A stretch of DNA of 63,963 bases. Source: Okamejei kenojei. Its lineage: Eukaryota. Positions 1 to 13,322 of this stretch are shown here, one piece after another (position 1 is the first letter of the stretch; every line of letters begins with the position of its first letter). Below the pieces are notes generated by a model, which was not told where the DNA came from, ran no database searches, and saw nothing but the letters and a program-made list of their open reading frames with translations. The translations under genes and the position numbers were made by a program. The stretch covers positions 5,208,038-5,272,000 of the forward strand of contig CM069172.1 of assembly GCA_035221665.1 (NCBI GenBank), in the 5' to 3' direction.

Positions 1-1195
1 AAACCGCACCAACAAACACCTCCATCCATAACAACAACTGCCCACAACCTTTCTCTAAGCACTACCTCCACCGCCCACACACCTCAGCCCCACAAATGCC
101 TCCCACCACAATGCCCACCCCACCCACACACCCATCTCCCCACAAGCCCACACACCACTCCCCTTCCCCCACATAACCCCCCCACCTCTCCCCACAAGCC
201 ACACAACCCCCCTCCCCCCCACAACCCCCCCTCCTCCCACAACCCCCCCCCTCCCCTCCCCCCCCCCTTCTCCCTCCCCCTTTCTCCCCCACCCACATGC
301 CCCCCACACAAAACCCCCCCTCCCCTTCCCCTCTCCCAACACACCCCCCCCCTCCCCCCCCTCCCCCCCCTTCCTCCCCTCTCTCTCCTCCCCCCCACAA
401 CCCCCCCCCCTTTCTTCCCCCCCCCCCACAACCCCCCCCTCTCCCCAACACAACACCACCACAACCACCCCCACAAACCCCTTTTTTTCCTTTTTTTTTT
501 TTCCCTTTTTTTTTTTTTTTTTTTTTTCTCTTTTCTTTTCTCTCTTTTTTTTTTTTTCTTTTTTTTTTTTTTCCCCCCCCCCTATCCCCACCATAAAGCC
601 GAGCCCCCCCCCACCACATATAACCCCCCCCCCCCATACCCCCCAAAACCAACCAAAAACACAAACTCCCCACCCAAACCACCCCCACCCAATCCCCACC
701 CCCACCCCCACCACAAACCCCTTCCTCCATAACACCACTTACCATGCCCACACTCTCCTCCTCCTCATACCCCCACCCGCCCACCCCCACCACCCACACA
801 CAACCCCCCCCCACCACCCCCACCACCCACCACCACACCACACCACACCCACACCCCACACACAACCCTCCCTCCACACTTCCTCTGCCCCCACCAAAAC
901 CACACCACACACCAACCCACCAAAAACACCCCCCCCCCCCCCCCCAAAACACCCCCCCCCTCCCCCCTCCCCTCCCACAACCCACCTGCCACCACCCCCC
1001 ACATCTTCCCTCCCCCCCCCACAACCACCCCCCCCCCCCCCCCAATATACACACAAATCCCTCCTCCCCCCACTCACAAACCCTCTCCAGCACACATGCA
1101 CAACTTCTCTCCCACCCACATACTCCCCCCCCCCCCCCCCCCACCAACAGACCCCCTCGTGCTGACTGAGGACACAATGGGTCCCACTAGTCTAG
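1..1195 (+). mobile_element. 3' part of a non-autonomous Helitron with C-rich minisatellite (left-arm copy, low-quality sequence)
   Basis: Mirror of 58768-59570; degenerate hairpin then CTAG at 1192-1195 followed by T. Confidence 0.65.
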
Positions 1196-2645
1196 TTACT
1201 TTCTGAAAAGGTCAATGTACACTACATCCACTGGCCTCTCCTCTCCATTGTCCCTTTTTCCCCTCCGTAAGTCATATGCTGACTTCGGACCCGATCCTGT
1301 TATTGTATTTCCAAACATGCCGCTATTTCATCTTTTACTAATTGACTACGTATCCTTCTTCACCATCAATGTCATATTTACTGGTCTATAATCCCAGATT
1401 TCTCTCTCTTCACCTTCTTAAATGTGGGACGAACATTAGCTATCCAAACCCAGGACGTGATCCGAATCTAAGAAACATTGAATAAATGATCACAATGCGT
1501 CCGATTCTCGAGGCCACTTCTTATGTACCCTGGGATGCTGGTCATCATGGCCCTGAGGGGATTCATCAGCCTTCAGTCCCTCGTCTACCAAACACTTTTC
1601 TGCAGTTCTTTCATCAACAAACATAGAAAAATAGGTGCAGGAGAGGCCATTCGACCCCTCGAGGCCTGACACCGCCATTCAATTGATCATGGCTGCTGAA
1701 TCCAACTAAGTAGCCTTGTACTGCTTCTCTCCACACCCCCCCTGGATCCTTTAGCCACAAGGGCCACTTCTAACTCCCTCTTAAATATAGCCAATGGAAC
1801 TGGCTCAACATATATTCTGTGGCAGAGAATTCCCAGATTCACCACTCTCTCATTGAAAAAGAGACCCTAGATTCTTTGGCACTAGTACATCAGGAGATTG
1901 TTTGTGTCTTCCTTGTGAAGATGGATCGGATGCTTCAACAGGGTTTTAGATGGAGTATTTAAGATAGTGGAGACTAGGGATATGGGGTGAGGAAGGCAGG
2001 AACTTGTGGATGATCAGCCATCAAATTGAAAGGCGGGTTGCTGGCTCGAAGGGACAAATTGCTTGTCTGCTCTATTGTCTATTGTATATTGTCAAAGTAA
2101 CTGTTCAACTCGTCTTGCCATTTTCCTTATACCCCATTAATAAATTCTCCCTGTGGTAATCTTCAGATTCCAAACTTCGGTTTTTAACTAATTTTGCTCT
2201 TTCACATACCTAAAGAGCGTTTTTATTATCCTCCTTTATATTCTTGGCTACCTTACCTTCGTACCTCATCTTTTCTCAACGCATTACCTTTTAGTTATCT
2301 TTTTTTGCTCTTAAGTACCATCATTGGTTACCCGTCATTTTGCTGTGTTATACTTCTTCTCTTTTATTTTTATGCTCCCCTGACTTGCCTTGTCAGCCCG
2401 GTCACCCCTTACTTCCCTTGGAATCTTTCTTTCTCCTTTGGAATGAACTTCTGATTCTGCCACCTTCTGATTATTCCCAGATGAAATACACGACATTGTT
2501 GTTCACTGTCATCCCTGCCAGGGAAATCTTTCCAATCAACTTTGGCAGCTTCTCCTCATGGCTTCCATAGTCCCTTTGTTCCAAACCGTTTTAATACTGA
2601 CATTCTGATTTGCCCTTCTGCTCACTCACATTGTAGATTGAAACA
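1196..2645 (-). mobile_element. Decayed CR1/HER1 LINE fragments (mirror of ~57100-58767)
   Basis: Reverse complement of right-arm CR1 ORF2 remnants. Confidence 0.7.
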
Positions 2646-2666
2646 TAGTCACTACCTCCAAATGCT

Positions 2667-2845
2667 TGTGGTTCTTAACCTGGCAGTTTGTGAACCACAA
2701 TGGGGGTCATTTGGGGCATTGCGGGGGTCATGAGTGGAACTATAATAACACATCAATTTGTTGAGCCAATGTTTAGGGACTATTAAAAGTAACATACCAT
2801 ATACAGTAATTTTGTACAGGTGCCAAAAACGTTTAAGAACCACTG
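2667..2845. mobile_element. hAT-type MITE, left-arm copy
   Basis: gtggttcttaacc ... taagaaccactg termini; mirror of 56899-57076. Confidence 0.65.
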
Positions 2846-3509
2846 TCTATGGCTCTTTGCTTGAGGTTCCCTTTATTGAATCCGGTTCATACACACGCTA
2901 AGGGTGGTTTGTGTTATGAGGAATGTTGCCAGCACTCGAGAATTAGACAGGTACACAATGGGTTCAGATTTTGGAGGGGTATGGGCCAAAATGCAGGCAG
3001 GTGGGACTGGTTGTAGGTGCTACATGTTGGCTGCTGTGGGAGTTGGGTCGACGTCTTTATAGGAGTCATTTATGTTTAGGCCAGCTTCACTGTTGGCATA
3101 TTTATATTATTTTGTTTAGATTTTTCTAGCGGATATTATATTGGACAGTTGATGGCGGGTTCATTTGATGCTGGAAGAGTGTAAACACATGAGGCTCCTT
3201 AGGGACAGGGAGTGATTCAGACCTGCTAAGGAGGTGGAGGGTACACGTGCCACAGAATCAGGAGAGAAACAGGAAGTTACAACTTGTATGAGAATAAAGA
3301 GTAACTGGTACGTCCATATCTTTGTTTGTACAACTACTTCAATATAGAATGACTGGAAGATCTGTTTCTTTGTTGTCTGTGTAAGATCACCCTACTTTAG
3401 TGTGCAGGTAATGGCTAACGGAAGTTGGCCAATTGTAAAAGTAGAATGGGCATTACAGTTATGACCGTTCTGGGCTCTCTGACTTGCCCTCACCAGAGAT
3501 GTACCTCAC

Positions 3510-3812
3510 CTGTTCCATCGACCAGATACACGTGAGGGGCATGGCTTCCCGTGCCGGTTTCGGAGCTGAGCATATGGCCGTACATACTCCCATCCCTCAC
3601 CCACTTCAGAGTGAGGGAGCCATACAAACCAGATGCCCGGCTCTTGCCACCTGCCAGATGTGAGCGTCCGTGGGTTTGATTTCGCTGAGGTTGGCGAGGG
3701 GGAGGCACCACGGTTGAGCTCTCCGGGTGGGTTGCACACTGGCCGCACACACACAGGTGACACTCTCAGGTGTAGTGTGTGCATCCCGGAATCCAGGAAA
3801 TCTCTGGCACAT
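3510..3812 (-). CDS. Siglec/MAG-like gene (left copy): MAG-D5-like exon, many indels, acceptor also GG
   Basis: Aligns to 55945-56238; peptide pieces appear in ORFs 3490-3750 and 3606-3887; acceptor reads ctctgg|atgtgcc. Confidence 0.6.
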
Positions 3813-4289
3813 CCAGAGGGTTGGAACAAGACACGAAGAGTTGTGAATGTGCAATTCTCTGCCACAGGAGGCGGCTGTGGAGTCCAATTCACTGGATTTT
3901 TTTCAGAGAGTTAGATTTAGCACTTGGGGCAAAGGAATCAAGGGATATTGGTTCTGGGGGGTTTCTGTATTTTAGTAGAATCAGCCAAGATCAATCTTTG
4001 AATGGTGGTGCTGGCTCGAAGGAAGAATGGCCTAATCCTGCTGCACAAATTTTTCTAAGTTTCAATGAGATCAAACTCAAAATGCTGGAAAAACTCAGTG
4101 GGACAGGCAGCATCTCTGGAGAGAAGGATCTGCCTCCGTCACTGCCCTTGGGCAGCGTGTTACAGATGCTCCCCATGGTCTGTTGTTTTTAAACAGTTTT
4201 ACCAGGGAGTACAATTATCCTATCAACCAAATATCATTAGTCTGAAGAAGGGTCTTGCTGCCCTGTCCCGCTGAGGTACTCCAGCATTG

Positions 4290-4510
4290 CCAATAACCAA
4301 CCTGAATCTCCCCCAGTGGCTCAGCACTTTAACTCGTCCTCACATTCCGAATCCGACCTTTCTGTCCTGAGCCTCCTCCATGGCCAAGTGAGGCCCACCA
4401 AAAAAATTGGAGGAGCAGCACCTCATATTTTTGGGCCTTGCATTTACACCCCCATCAGTATGAACATTGACTTCTCTAATTCTCAGGTAGTCCCGGCTTT
4501 CTCCTCCCCT
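4290..4510 (+). mobile_element. Penelope-like element fragment (C-terminus of GIY-YIG endonuclease)
   Basis: Translation PVAQHFNSSSHSESDLSVL...MNIDFSN is typical of the PLE ORF end; mirror at 55295-55475. Confidence 0.7.
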
Positions 4511-5271
4511 TCCCAGACACATTGGTCAACTTGATGAACACCTTCAGCAACAGACTGGTTCCACCAAGATGCGGAGGACCGAACGCCACAGGAGATCCTT
4601 CTTCCCTGTGCCTGTCAAACTGTACAACTCCTCCCACTCCTGTTGTAGTGTTTGACTGAGACTGACTCGCCTCCCCACCAGCCCCTCCCTCCCACGTAAA
4701 CTTTGCACAGCCCCCAAGCCCTTTCCACTCGTCACTTTAATTTCATGTTTAAGTATTTTGTTTTTTGGGTATTTTGTGTTTTTAGTACTCTCCTGGATAT
4801 ATAAAGTTCTATCATCTCGTATCGTATTGTAAAATTTGCCGCCGTACGTCTCCTTTACGATTTTCCCCTCTCACCCTTAAAGCTCTGCCCTCTCAACCTT
4901 GACATTTGCACCATGTGAAAAGATTCTGACTGTCTACCTTCCTCATGCAACTCCATAGTTTTTTATGTATTTCTGTCAGGTCCTCCCCTCAGCCTTTGAA
5001 CTGGGTGGTGAATCTGTGGAATTCTTTGCCACAGACAGCAGTGCAGGCCAGTCAGTGGATATATTTAAGGCGGGGAGATAGATAGATTCTTGATTAGTAC
5101 GGGTGTCAGAGGTTATGGGGGAGAAGGCAGGGGAATGGGGCAGGGGAGGGAGAAATAGGTCATCCATGATCGAAATGGCAGAGTAGACTTGATGGGCCGA
5201 ATGGGGCCTTATTGTGCTCCCATCACTTATGAACATGAACTCCAGAGAAAGTCTATCCAACCTCTTCTTTA

Positions 5272-5580
5272 ATTTAGTTTAGAGATACAGCACGGAAACA
5301 GGCCCTTCGGGCCCACTGTGTCCACGCCGACCAGCGATCCCCCACACACTTATACTATCCTGCACACACTAAGGACAATTTACACATATACCAAGCCAAT
5401 TAACCTGCACACCTGTATATCTTTGCAGTGTGGGAGGAAACCGGAGCAACCCAAAGAAAACCCACGTAGGTCATGGGTGAACCTGCAAACTCCGTACCGA
5501 CAAGCACCCGTAGTGAGGATTGAACCGGCTCTCTGGTGCTGTGAGGCAGCAACTCTACCGTTGAACCACTGTGCCCCCTG
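5272..5580 (-). mobile_element. HE1/V-SINE-type tRNA-derived SINE
   Basis: tRNA-like head, V-domain (gctccggtttcctcccacac) and CR1-derived tail (gggcctgtttccgtgctgtatctctaaactaa). Confidence 0.8.
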
Positions 5581-6674
5581 TGGTGGGATGCTTTAAAAAC
5601 TCCTTATTGGTAATACTCTCTAATCTGGCAGCGTTCTGCACCCTGACCACATCTATCTTCCTGTAATGTGGTGACCAGAACTGCACGCAAATGCTTCAAA
5701 TAATTTTATCTAATCTTCCTCATCTTAGTAGAGGAGAGAGGAAATATAGGAAAGATGTTGTCAAGCAGGAAAGGGTGCAGAGAAGATTATGAGGATAAGG
5801 CCAGAACTAGAGGGGCCTGAGCTATAGGAAAGCTTGAGCAGGCTGGTACTCTCTTCCTTGGAGTAAAGGACAAACCTCATCTGAAACATCACCTACCCTT
5901 GTCCAGGAGTGAAGGCCTGCGCTACAGGGAGGTTGGGGCAGGCTGGAACTCCTTGGAGGGCAGGCGGCGAAGAGGGGTGATCTTATAGAGGTGTGCAAAA
6001 TCATTGGGTGGAACTGATCAGGTAGACACACAGAGTCTCTTGCCCAGAGTAGGAATCGAGGACCATAGAACATAGATTTAAGATGAGAGGGGAGAAGATT
6101 TAAAGGAAGCTGATGGGTAGCTTTTTTTTCCACATAAAGGGTGGTGGATGTATGGAACGAGCTGCCGGATGAGGTAGTTGAGCTGGGATCATTGCAACGT
6201 TTAAAATACAGTTGGACAGGTAACATGAACATGACTGTTTGGAGGGAATATGGGCTGAAGTAGGGCAGGTGGGACTAGTGTAGATGGGACTCGTTGGCCG
6301 TGTGGGCAAGTTGGGCCAAAGGGCCTGTTTCCACGCTGTAAGACTCTATGACTCTAAAGATGCTGCCCATGACCCACTGAGTTGCTCCAGCACTTTGTGT
6401 TTCAGCAACGTGAGGAGTGATGGTAGGAGTGACGAGGGAGGCATTGAAGGTTTTCTGGGTGGAAATCCAACAATGTCAGCAGAGGTGAGACAGGCTACAT
6501 ACAGGTGGGGAACACAAAAAGACTGTAGATTGTGGGCGGCACGGTGGCGCAGTGGGTAGAGCTCCTGCCTCACAGCGCCCAGACACCCGGTTCAATCCTG
6601 ACCACCGGTGCCTTTCTGTACGGAGTTTGCATGTTCCTCCCGTGACCTGCGTGGGTTTTCTCTGAATCTTGAGG

Positions 6675-7215
6675 ATGTGTGTGTTTGAGTGAGTACGTGT
6701 GTGAGAGAGAGAAGGAGAGAGAGAGCGTGTTGTGTGTGGCGATTGTGAGAGAATGTGTCTGTGTTTGCGTGAGTGTGTGTGAGTGAGCGAGAGAGTGAGA
6801 GAGATGGTGTTCATGTGTGTGATTGAGTGAGTATGTGAGTGTGTGTGGTGGAGAGGAGACTGTGTGAGTGTGTGTGGTGAGAGAGTGTGAGTGTGTGAGT
6901 GTGAGAGAATGTGTGTGTGTGAGTGAGTGAGTCTGTCAGTGAGTGAGAGTGTGAGTGTGTGTGAGAGAGTGTGTGTCTTCTTCTTGCATATGACGTGCAC
7001 AGCCTAAATTGTCGGACAACTTGTTCTATTTAATCTTATTTGATTGTGCACGCTGGGTTGATTACATTTGTCGAAACAGGGCGGACCACGTGAAGGTTGC
7101 AATCTCCCACCCCAGAGAATGCGTGTGTGGGCGTGTGCGTGTGTGTGTGTGTGTGTGTGAGTGAGTGTGCGAGTGTGTGTGTGTGTGAGTGTGTGAGAGT
7201 GAGTGTTGTGTGTGA
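6675..7215. repeat. Degenerate (GT/GA)n microsatellite with a short embedded repeat fragment
   Basis: Directly visible; mirror (CA/CT)n at 48728-49195. Confidence 0.9.
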
Positions 7216-7291
7216 GTTGAATTCCAGCATCTCTCATCGACCAATAAACCATCTGTCTTTAACATAGACATGACAGTGTGTGTTTACGCAC

Positions 7292-7574
7292 ATTCTACAG
7301 TGAGGGTCACATCCCTCTCTGCTGTCCCATGTTCATTCTCCGCCACACACTGATAGACCCCAGCATCCTTCCCTGTCAGCTGAGGGAACTCCATCCTCAG
7401 CTCGTTGCTGGAACGTGTTGTGTTCAGCGTGACACCGAGATGTAACCCACGTCAGGTTAGACGCTGGAAACTCTGCACGGAGCAGAGGATTCGCTGCAGA
7501 GTTTCCTTCCTTTATACTGACCCAGGAATAGTTCACGTTGTTGGGGGAAGTGATTGAGAGATTCTGGGGGGCGT
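7292..7574 (-). CDS. Siglec/MAG-like gene (left copy): C2-set exon b, with apparent single-base indels (net +1)
   Basis: 283 nt versus 282 nt; aligns to 48374-48655. The indels may be read errors or true pseudogenisation. Confidence 0.75.
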
Positions 7575-8439
7575 CTGCAAACAGATAAAATTCAGCTACC
7601 AGTTTTGCAGCAGTTCCGTGATCCTTGTAAAATACTTTAGTCTTCAGACTTTAGAAATACACTGTAGAAATAGGCCCTTCAGCCCACGGAGTCCGTGCCG
7701 ACCATCGGTCATGCATTCACACACTAGTTCTATCTTTAGGTGAATGAGAGATATAGACGATGGTGTAGAGAGATATAGAACAAAGAATGAAAGATATGCA
7801 AAAAGTTAACAATGATAAAGGAAACAGGCCGTTGTTAGCTGTTTGTTGGGTGAGAACAAGAAGCTGATGTGACGGGTGGGGGAGGGATGGAGAGAGAGGG
7901 AATGCCGGGGCTAATGGAAGTTAGAGAAATCAATATACCATTGGGCTGTAAACTGCCCAAGCAAAATATGAGACGCTGATCCTCCAATTTGCATTTAACC
8001 TCACTCTGACAATGGTGGCCAGAAAGTTCAGTGTGGGAATGGGAAGGAGAATTAATGTGTTTAGCAACCGGGAGATCAGGTCGGTCCTACATCTCTCTAC
8101 ATCATCGTCTATATCTCTCGTTTCCTTTTCACGTGACTTTCAGTCTGAAGATGGCTCTCGACCCGAAACGTCACCCATTACTTCTCTCCAGAGATGCAGC
8201 CTGTCCTGCTGAGTTTCTCCAGCTTTTGGTGTTGAATTGATTAGTACGGGTGTCAGAGGATATGGGGAGAAGGCAGAAGAAAGGGGTTAGGAGAGAGAGA
8301 TTGATCAGCCATGATTGAATGGTAGAGTAGAGTTGATGGGCGAATGGCCTAATTCTGCACCTATCGTCTATGACCTTATATACCGGCACTGCTAATAGAT
8401 TATTGCTGTCCTGCCACAATAAACGATCTCCGTACTTAC

Positions 8440-8733
8440 ATTGCACAGTCAGTGTGAGGGTCTGCTCCGATGACACAGTTGGGTATCTGACTCTGCAGGT
8501 GAGCTTTTGCCCGTGATGTTTGAGCGCTGGGGTCAGGGACAGAACAGAAGTATATGTCAGAGTGTCACCCTGCTGAGTTACGCTGTTAGAGGCTGACGGT
8601 GGTTCATCAGCGGGGGTGACCCAGGTTAAGGTGGGTGCCGTTCCATTACACGTGGTGTTGAAGGAGCAGGTCATGTTCCCAGGCTTTCCTGCCACCAATT
8701 CAGCAGGGAATATCGTGGGTTTATCCGTGAAAT
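8440..8733 (-). CDS. Siglec/MAG-like gene (left copy): C2-set exon a
   Basis: 294 nt, AG/GT bounded, three internal amino-acid differences from the right copy. Confidence 0.92.
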
Positions 8734-9192
8734 CTAACACACAGAGAAACAAATACTTTTAGTTTAAATATCACTGGATACATCATTCACATCGAAATCC
8801 CAGTCCCACACGAGCAAGTATGTCGTTACAAGGTATAGAAGTGTGAAAATACACACCCTCCAGATAAAGGAACAGTTTCTTCCCAGCTGTTATCAGGCAA
8901 CTGAATCATCCTACCACAACCAGAGAGAGGTTCTGAAACTACTATCTGCCTCAGCAGAAAGACTATACATGATTGCAATCGAGTCATTTTGCAGAGTATG
9001 GACACGTGATGAGGGAATAACGTTTAGTGCAAGGTAAAGCCAGCAAAGTCCAATCAAGGATAGCCCGATTGGTCACCAGTGATGTCGACGGTCGTTCAAC
9101 ACTGCTCTCTGGTTGTGGTAGGATGGTTCAGTTGCCTGATAACAGCTGGGAGAAACTGTTGAGTGAATGAGTGAATTATACAGAGCACTTAC

Positions 9193-9561
9193 TAGTAACA
9201 CTGAGCTGTGTTACAGGGTGGTAGTTGTAACGATTTCCCCCTCCAAAATCAACTCTGAAAAAATAAGGACCTGCATCTTGCTGCGTGACGTTGTCTATAA
9301 CCAGGGAACAGTCGTTGTCTGTCAGGACTCCTGACAGCCGGGTCCGATGCTGAAACTTTGCTGATTCTAGACTGGGATTCCCGGAGTGGAAGGCGACAGA
9401 ATCTTCGTCGTACAGCTTCTCACTGTTATACCAGATTCCAGTCCGTGGTTTATTGTTTAGATTCGACGGGTACGTGTAGCGACACGGAATCCATGCACAT
9501 AAACCATTCTGCGCTGTCACAGCTTGTGGAGTGTCCGCACCCCCACTCTCCGACACCACGG
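9193..9561 (-). CDS. Siglec/MAG-like gene (left copy): V-set exon
   Basis: 369 nt, AG/GT bounded, open frame; DAGPYFFRVD keeps the essential Arg. ESG for GEW comes from two compensating G-run indels, probably sequencing error. Confidence 0.92.
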
Positions 9562-9694
9562 CTGAGGAGAGAAGGAACAATCTTTAGCAGTGAACACCCT
9601 GTCAGTTCACTGGGACTTTCCACACCTTTATCCTGCGCTGTGGACCTGGTGTGAACAGAGCGTAGAAAGAGCGGCATCGTGGTGTAGTGGTAGA

Positions 9695-10512
9695 GCCTCC
9701 CCCCCTCACCGCCCCTCCCCCAGTGATCACTCCCCCCTCACCGCCCTCCCCCAGTGATCACTCCCCCCTCACCCCGCCCCTCCCCCAGTGATCACTCCCT
9801 CCTCACCGCCCCTCCCCCAGTGATCACTCCATCCTCACCCCTCACCGCCCCTCCCCCAGTGATTCACGTCCCCCCTCACCGCCCCTCCCCCAGTGATCAC
9901 TCCTCCTCACCGCCCCCTCCCCCAGTGATCACTCCCTCCTCACCGCCCCTCCCCCAGTGATCACTCCCTCCTCACCGCCCCTCCCCCAGTGCATCACTCC
10001 CTCCTCACCGCCCCTCCCCCAGTGATCACTCCTCCTCACGCCCCTCCCCCAGTGATCACTCCCTCCCTCACCGCCCCTCCCCCAGTGATCACTCCCTCCT
10101 CACCACGCCCCTCCCCCAGTGATCACTCCCTCCTCACCGCCCCTCCCCCCCGTGATCACTCCCTCCTCACACCGCCCCTCCCCCAGTTATCACTCCCCCT
10201 CCCCGCCCCTCCCCAGTGTATCACTCCCTGCTCACCGCCCCTCCCCCAGTGATCACCCTCCCTCCTCACCGCCCCTCCCCCAGTGCATCACTCCCCCTCC
10301 CCAGTGCTCACTCCCCCCTCACCGCCCCTCCCCAGTGCATCACTCCCCTCCTCACCGCCCCTCCCCCAGTGATCACTCCCTCCTCACTGCCCCTCCCCCC
10401 AGTGATCACTAACTCCTCACCGCCCCTCCCCCATGATCACTCCCTCCTCACAGCCCCCCCCAGTGATCACTCCCTCCTCACACCGCCCCTCCCCCAGTGC
10501 ATCATCTCCCAG
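9695..10512 (-). repeat. 32-33-bp GC-skewed minisatellite (~25 units) in the leader-to-V intron of the left gene
   Basis: Unit cccctcccccagtgatcactccctcctcaccg with variants. Confidence 0.95.
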
Positions 10513-10543
10513 TAAACAATACTGAGTTTGCTGCTGATGGTAC

Positions 10544-10583
10544 CTTGGAGAAGGGAGAGGAGGAAGAACGATCTCCCGATCAT
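10544..10583 (-). CDS. Siglec/MAG-like gene (left copy): signal-peptide exon
   Basis: Identical coding sequence to 45778-45817 on the minus strand. Confidence 0.85.
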
Positions 10584-10679
10584 TGTCCGATCACAGATTT
10601 CCCATCAGTTTACCCGATCTCCCGGTCTGGAAGAGAAGAGTTATTTCAGTAAAACTCCAGCAACCAATATACATTAAGC

Positions 10680-11262
10680 AACATGGATGCAATGCTGAGG
10701 CTCTATGAGGTGCTGGTGAGAGCCACATTTGGAATATTGTGAGTAATTTTGAGACCCTGTATCTGATGAAGGATGTGCTGGCTCTGGAGAGGGTCCAGAG
10801 GAGGCTTACAAGAATGGTCCCAGGAATGAGTGTGTTTACATATGAGAGCGTTTGACTGCACTGGGCCTGTACTAGCTGGAGTTTAGAAGAATGAGGAAGG
10901 ACCGCATTGAATCTTACCGAAATAGTGATAGGCTTGGATAGAGTGGATGTGGATAAGACTTTTCCACTAGTGGGAGAGGTCATGGGCCTCAGAATTAGAT
11001 TTTCTTTTAGGAAGGAGATGAGGAGGAATACATTTAGTGAGAGGGTGGTGAATCTGTGGAATTCTTTGCCACAGAAGGCTGTGGCGGCCCAGTCAGTGGA
11101 TATTGTTAAGGCAGAGATAGATAGATTGTGAATTGTAAGGGTGTCAGGGTTATGGGGAGAAGGCAGGAGAATGGGATTAGGAGGGAGAGATGGATCAGCC
11201 ATGATTAAAAGGCGGAGTCAATTTGATGGGCTGAATGGCCTAATTCTGCTCCTATCACATGT
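10680..11262 (+). mobile_element. CR1/HER1 3' fragment
   Basis: RPHLEYC-like region and RVVNLWNSLP motif, then 3'UTR; mirror at ~45105-45685. Confidence 0.8.
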
Positions 11263-11879
11263 CCGTAATTATCACCAACATCATACGTTGCACCAACTAC
11301 ATTGGAAGCTGTGGTCAATAAAGCAAACTGATGTCTCATCTTGCTCAAAAGATGAAGGAAGTTCAGCATTTCTCCAGTGATTCACACCAACTTCTCCACA
11401 TGAACACTGTTGGGTTGCATCACACTTTGGTTTGGGACCAGCTCTGCCCAAGACCACAAGAAATTGCTGAGAGTTTAGTTTAGAGATACAGCACAGAAAC
11501 AGGCTCCCACGGCCCAACGTCTCCGCGCCGACCATCGATCACCCGTTCACACACCATTCTATGTTTAGTCTAGAGATGCAACGTGGAAACAGGCCCTTCG
11601 ACCCACCGAGTCCGTGCCGACCAGCGATCCCCGCACACTAACACTATCCTACACACGCTAGGGACAATTTACAATTTTGCCAAGTCAATTAGCCAACAAA
11701 CCTGCATGTGATTGGAATGTGCGAGGAAACCAGAAAAACCCAAGCAGGTCAAGAGTCCAGATTCAAGAATGTTTTATGTCACATGTCCTGGATAGTACAA
11801 TGAGATTCCTTACTTGCAGCAGCACAAAACAATATGTAAACGGGCAAACTCCGCACAGGCAGCGCCCAAAGTCAGGATG

Positions 11880-12210
11880 TGGGGGAGGGGTGTGGGGGAG
11901 GGGTGTATGTGGAAGGGGTTTTGTGGGGGAGGGGGGTGAGGGGAAGGGGTGTAAGGGGAGGGGGGGTGTAAGGGAGGGGGTGTAGGGACGGGTGAGGGAA
12001 GGGACGGGTGAGGGAAGGGGGGGGTGTAGGGGAGGGGGGTGAGGGGAGGGGGGTGTAGGGGAGGGGGCGTGTGGAGGGGCATGTTAGGGGGAGTGTGGGG
12101 TGGGGGGGGTGTGGGGAGGGGGGATGTGGGGAGGGGGGTGAGGGAAGGGATGGGTGAGGGAATGGGGGGTGTAAGGGAGGGGGGTGAGGGGAGGGGGTTT
12201 GTAGGGGAGT
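11880..12210 (+). repeat. G-rich low-complexity tract, absent from the right arm
   Basis: Right arm reads straight through at ~44575. Confidence 0.8.
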
Positions 12211-13166
12211 GAGGGAGACACAGAGATACCTTTCTGTCCTGGGCCTCCTTCACTGTTAGATCAGGCCCAACACAAATTGGGGAACAGCACCGCATATTTC
12301 GCTTGGGCTTACATCGGTACGATTATCGACTTCTCTAACTTTGTAGCCTTGCTTTCCCTCTTTCTCCATCCCTCCCCTTTCCTATTCTACGACCAGTCTG
12401 ACCGTCCCCTTGATTAAATCTTATCTCTGTTTGCTTCGTTGTCACCTTCTCCTAGCTAACAATGATCTATTCTACATTTTCATCCAACCTCATTCCCTTT
12501 GTCTTGTTTTCACACCTTCACTTCCTTCTCTCTGTGCCTCCCTCTCTCCCCTGACTCTCAGTCTGAAAAACGGTCTTGAACAAAAATATCGCCCATTCCG
12601 TCTCTCCAATTCTCAGATTCGGGGACAGTTTCTTCCCAGCTGTTAAAGGCAACTGAATCATTCGACTGCACCCAGAGAGCAGCGCTGACCTACTGTCTAC
12701 CTTTTTGATGACCCTCGGACTATCCTTGATCAGACTTTGCTGGTTTTACCTGCACTAAACGCTATTCCCCTATCTGTACACTGTAAATGGAACAATTGTA
12801 ATCATATATAGGATGGAACTTCAGATGCTGGATTAAACCGGTTAGACACAAAATGCTGGCTTAACTCAATGGGACAGGCAGCATCTCTGGAGAGAAGGAA
12901 TAGGTTTTCACACCTTACCCTTCCATATCTCTAGACTCTGGATAGAAGAAATGGGTGACACTTCAGGTCAAGACCCTTCTTCTATCCAGAGATACTTCTT
13001 CTCCGCTGAGTTACTCCAGCGCCTTGTGTCTATCTTCGGTGTGAACCAGCATCTGTAGTTACATTAATACACAAAGTATTTCAGTGATCAGACTCTGCAC
13101 AAAGTCGCAACTCAGCTGAACTGGTGGTTGATCGTGGGAACGAGCGACAGACACGGAATTACGTAC

Positions 13167-13322
13167 CTGGGTTCTACCCGCTGGTCGAGTATCGACTGAC
13201 AAACACTCAGGGGACCAGTGTCCTCATCCTCAGCGGCCGTCACTGTGTGGAGAACACGAATGTGTAGAGGAGTAGATTAGCATCTGGAAACGGAAGTAGA
13301 ATAAGGAAGTATTCTTTTATCA
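13167..13322 (-). promoter_or_regulatory. Putative promoter and non-coding first exon of the left Siglec-like gene
   Basis: Essentially identical reverse complement of 43450-43605, including the GATA/Ets/E-box motifs and the donor. Confidence 0.5.

Noticed and set aside
55-1177. Long Gly-, Pro- or Lys-rich ORFs here and at 58679-59931
   Set aside because: They are translations of G/C-rich low-complexity Helitron repeats and low-quality sequence; open in several frames with no domain features.
7292-7574. Left C2b as a C2b/C2b' chimera
   Set aside because: The few bases shared with C2b' are most simply ancestral states; both flanking introns match C2b and the deletion breakpoint is ~1.4 kb away.
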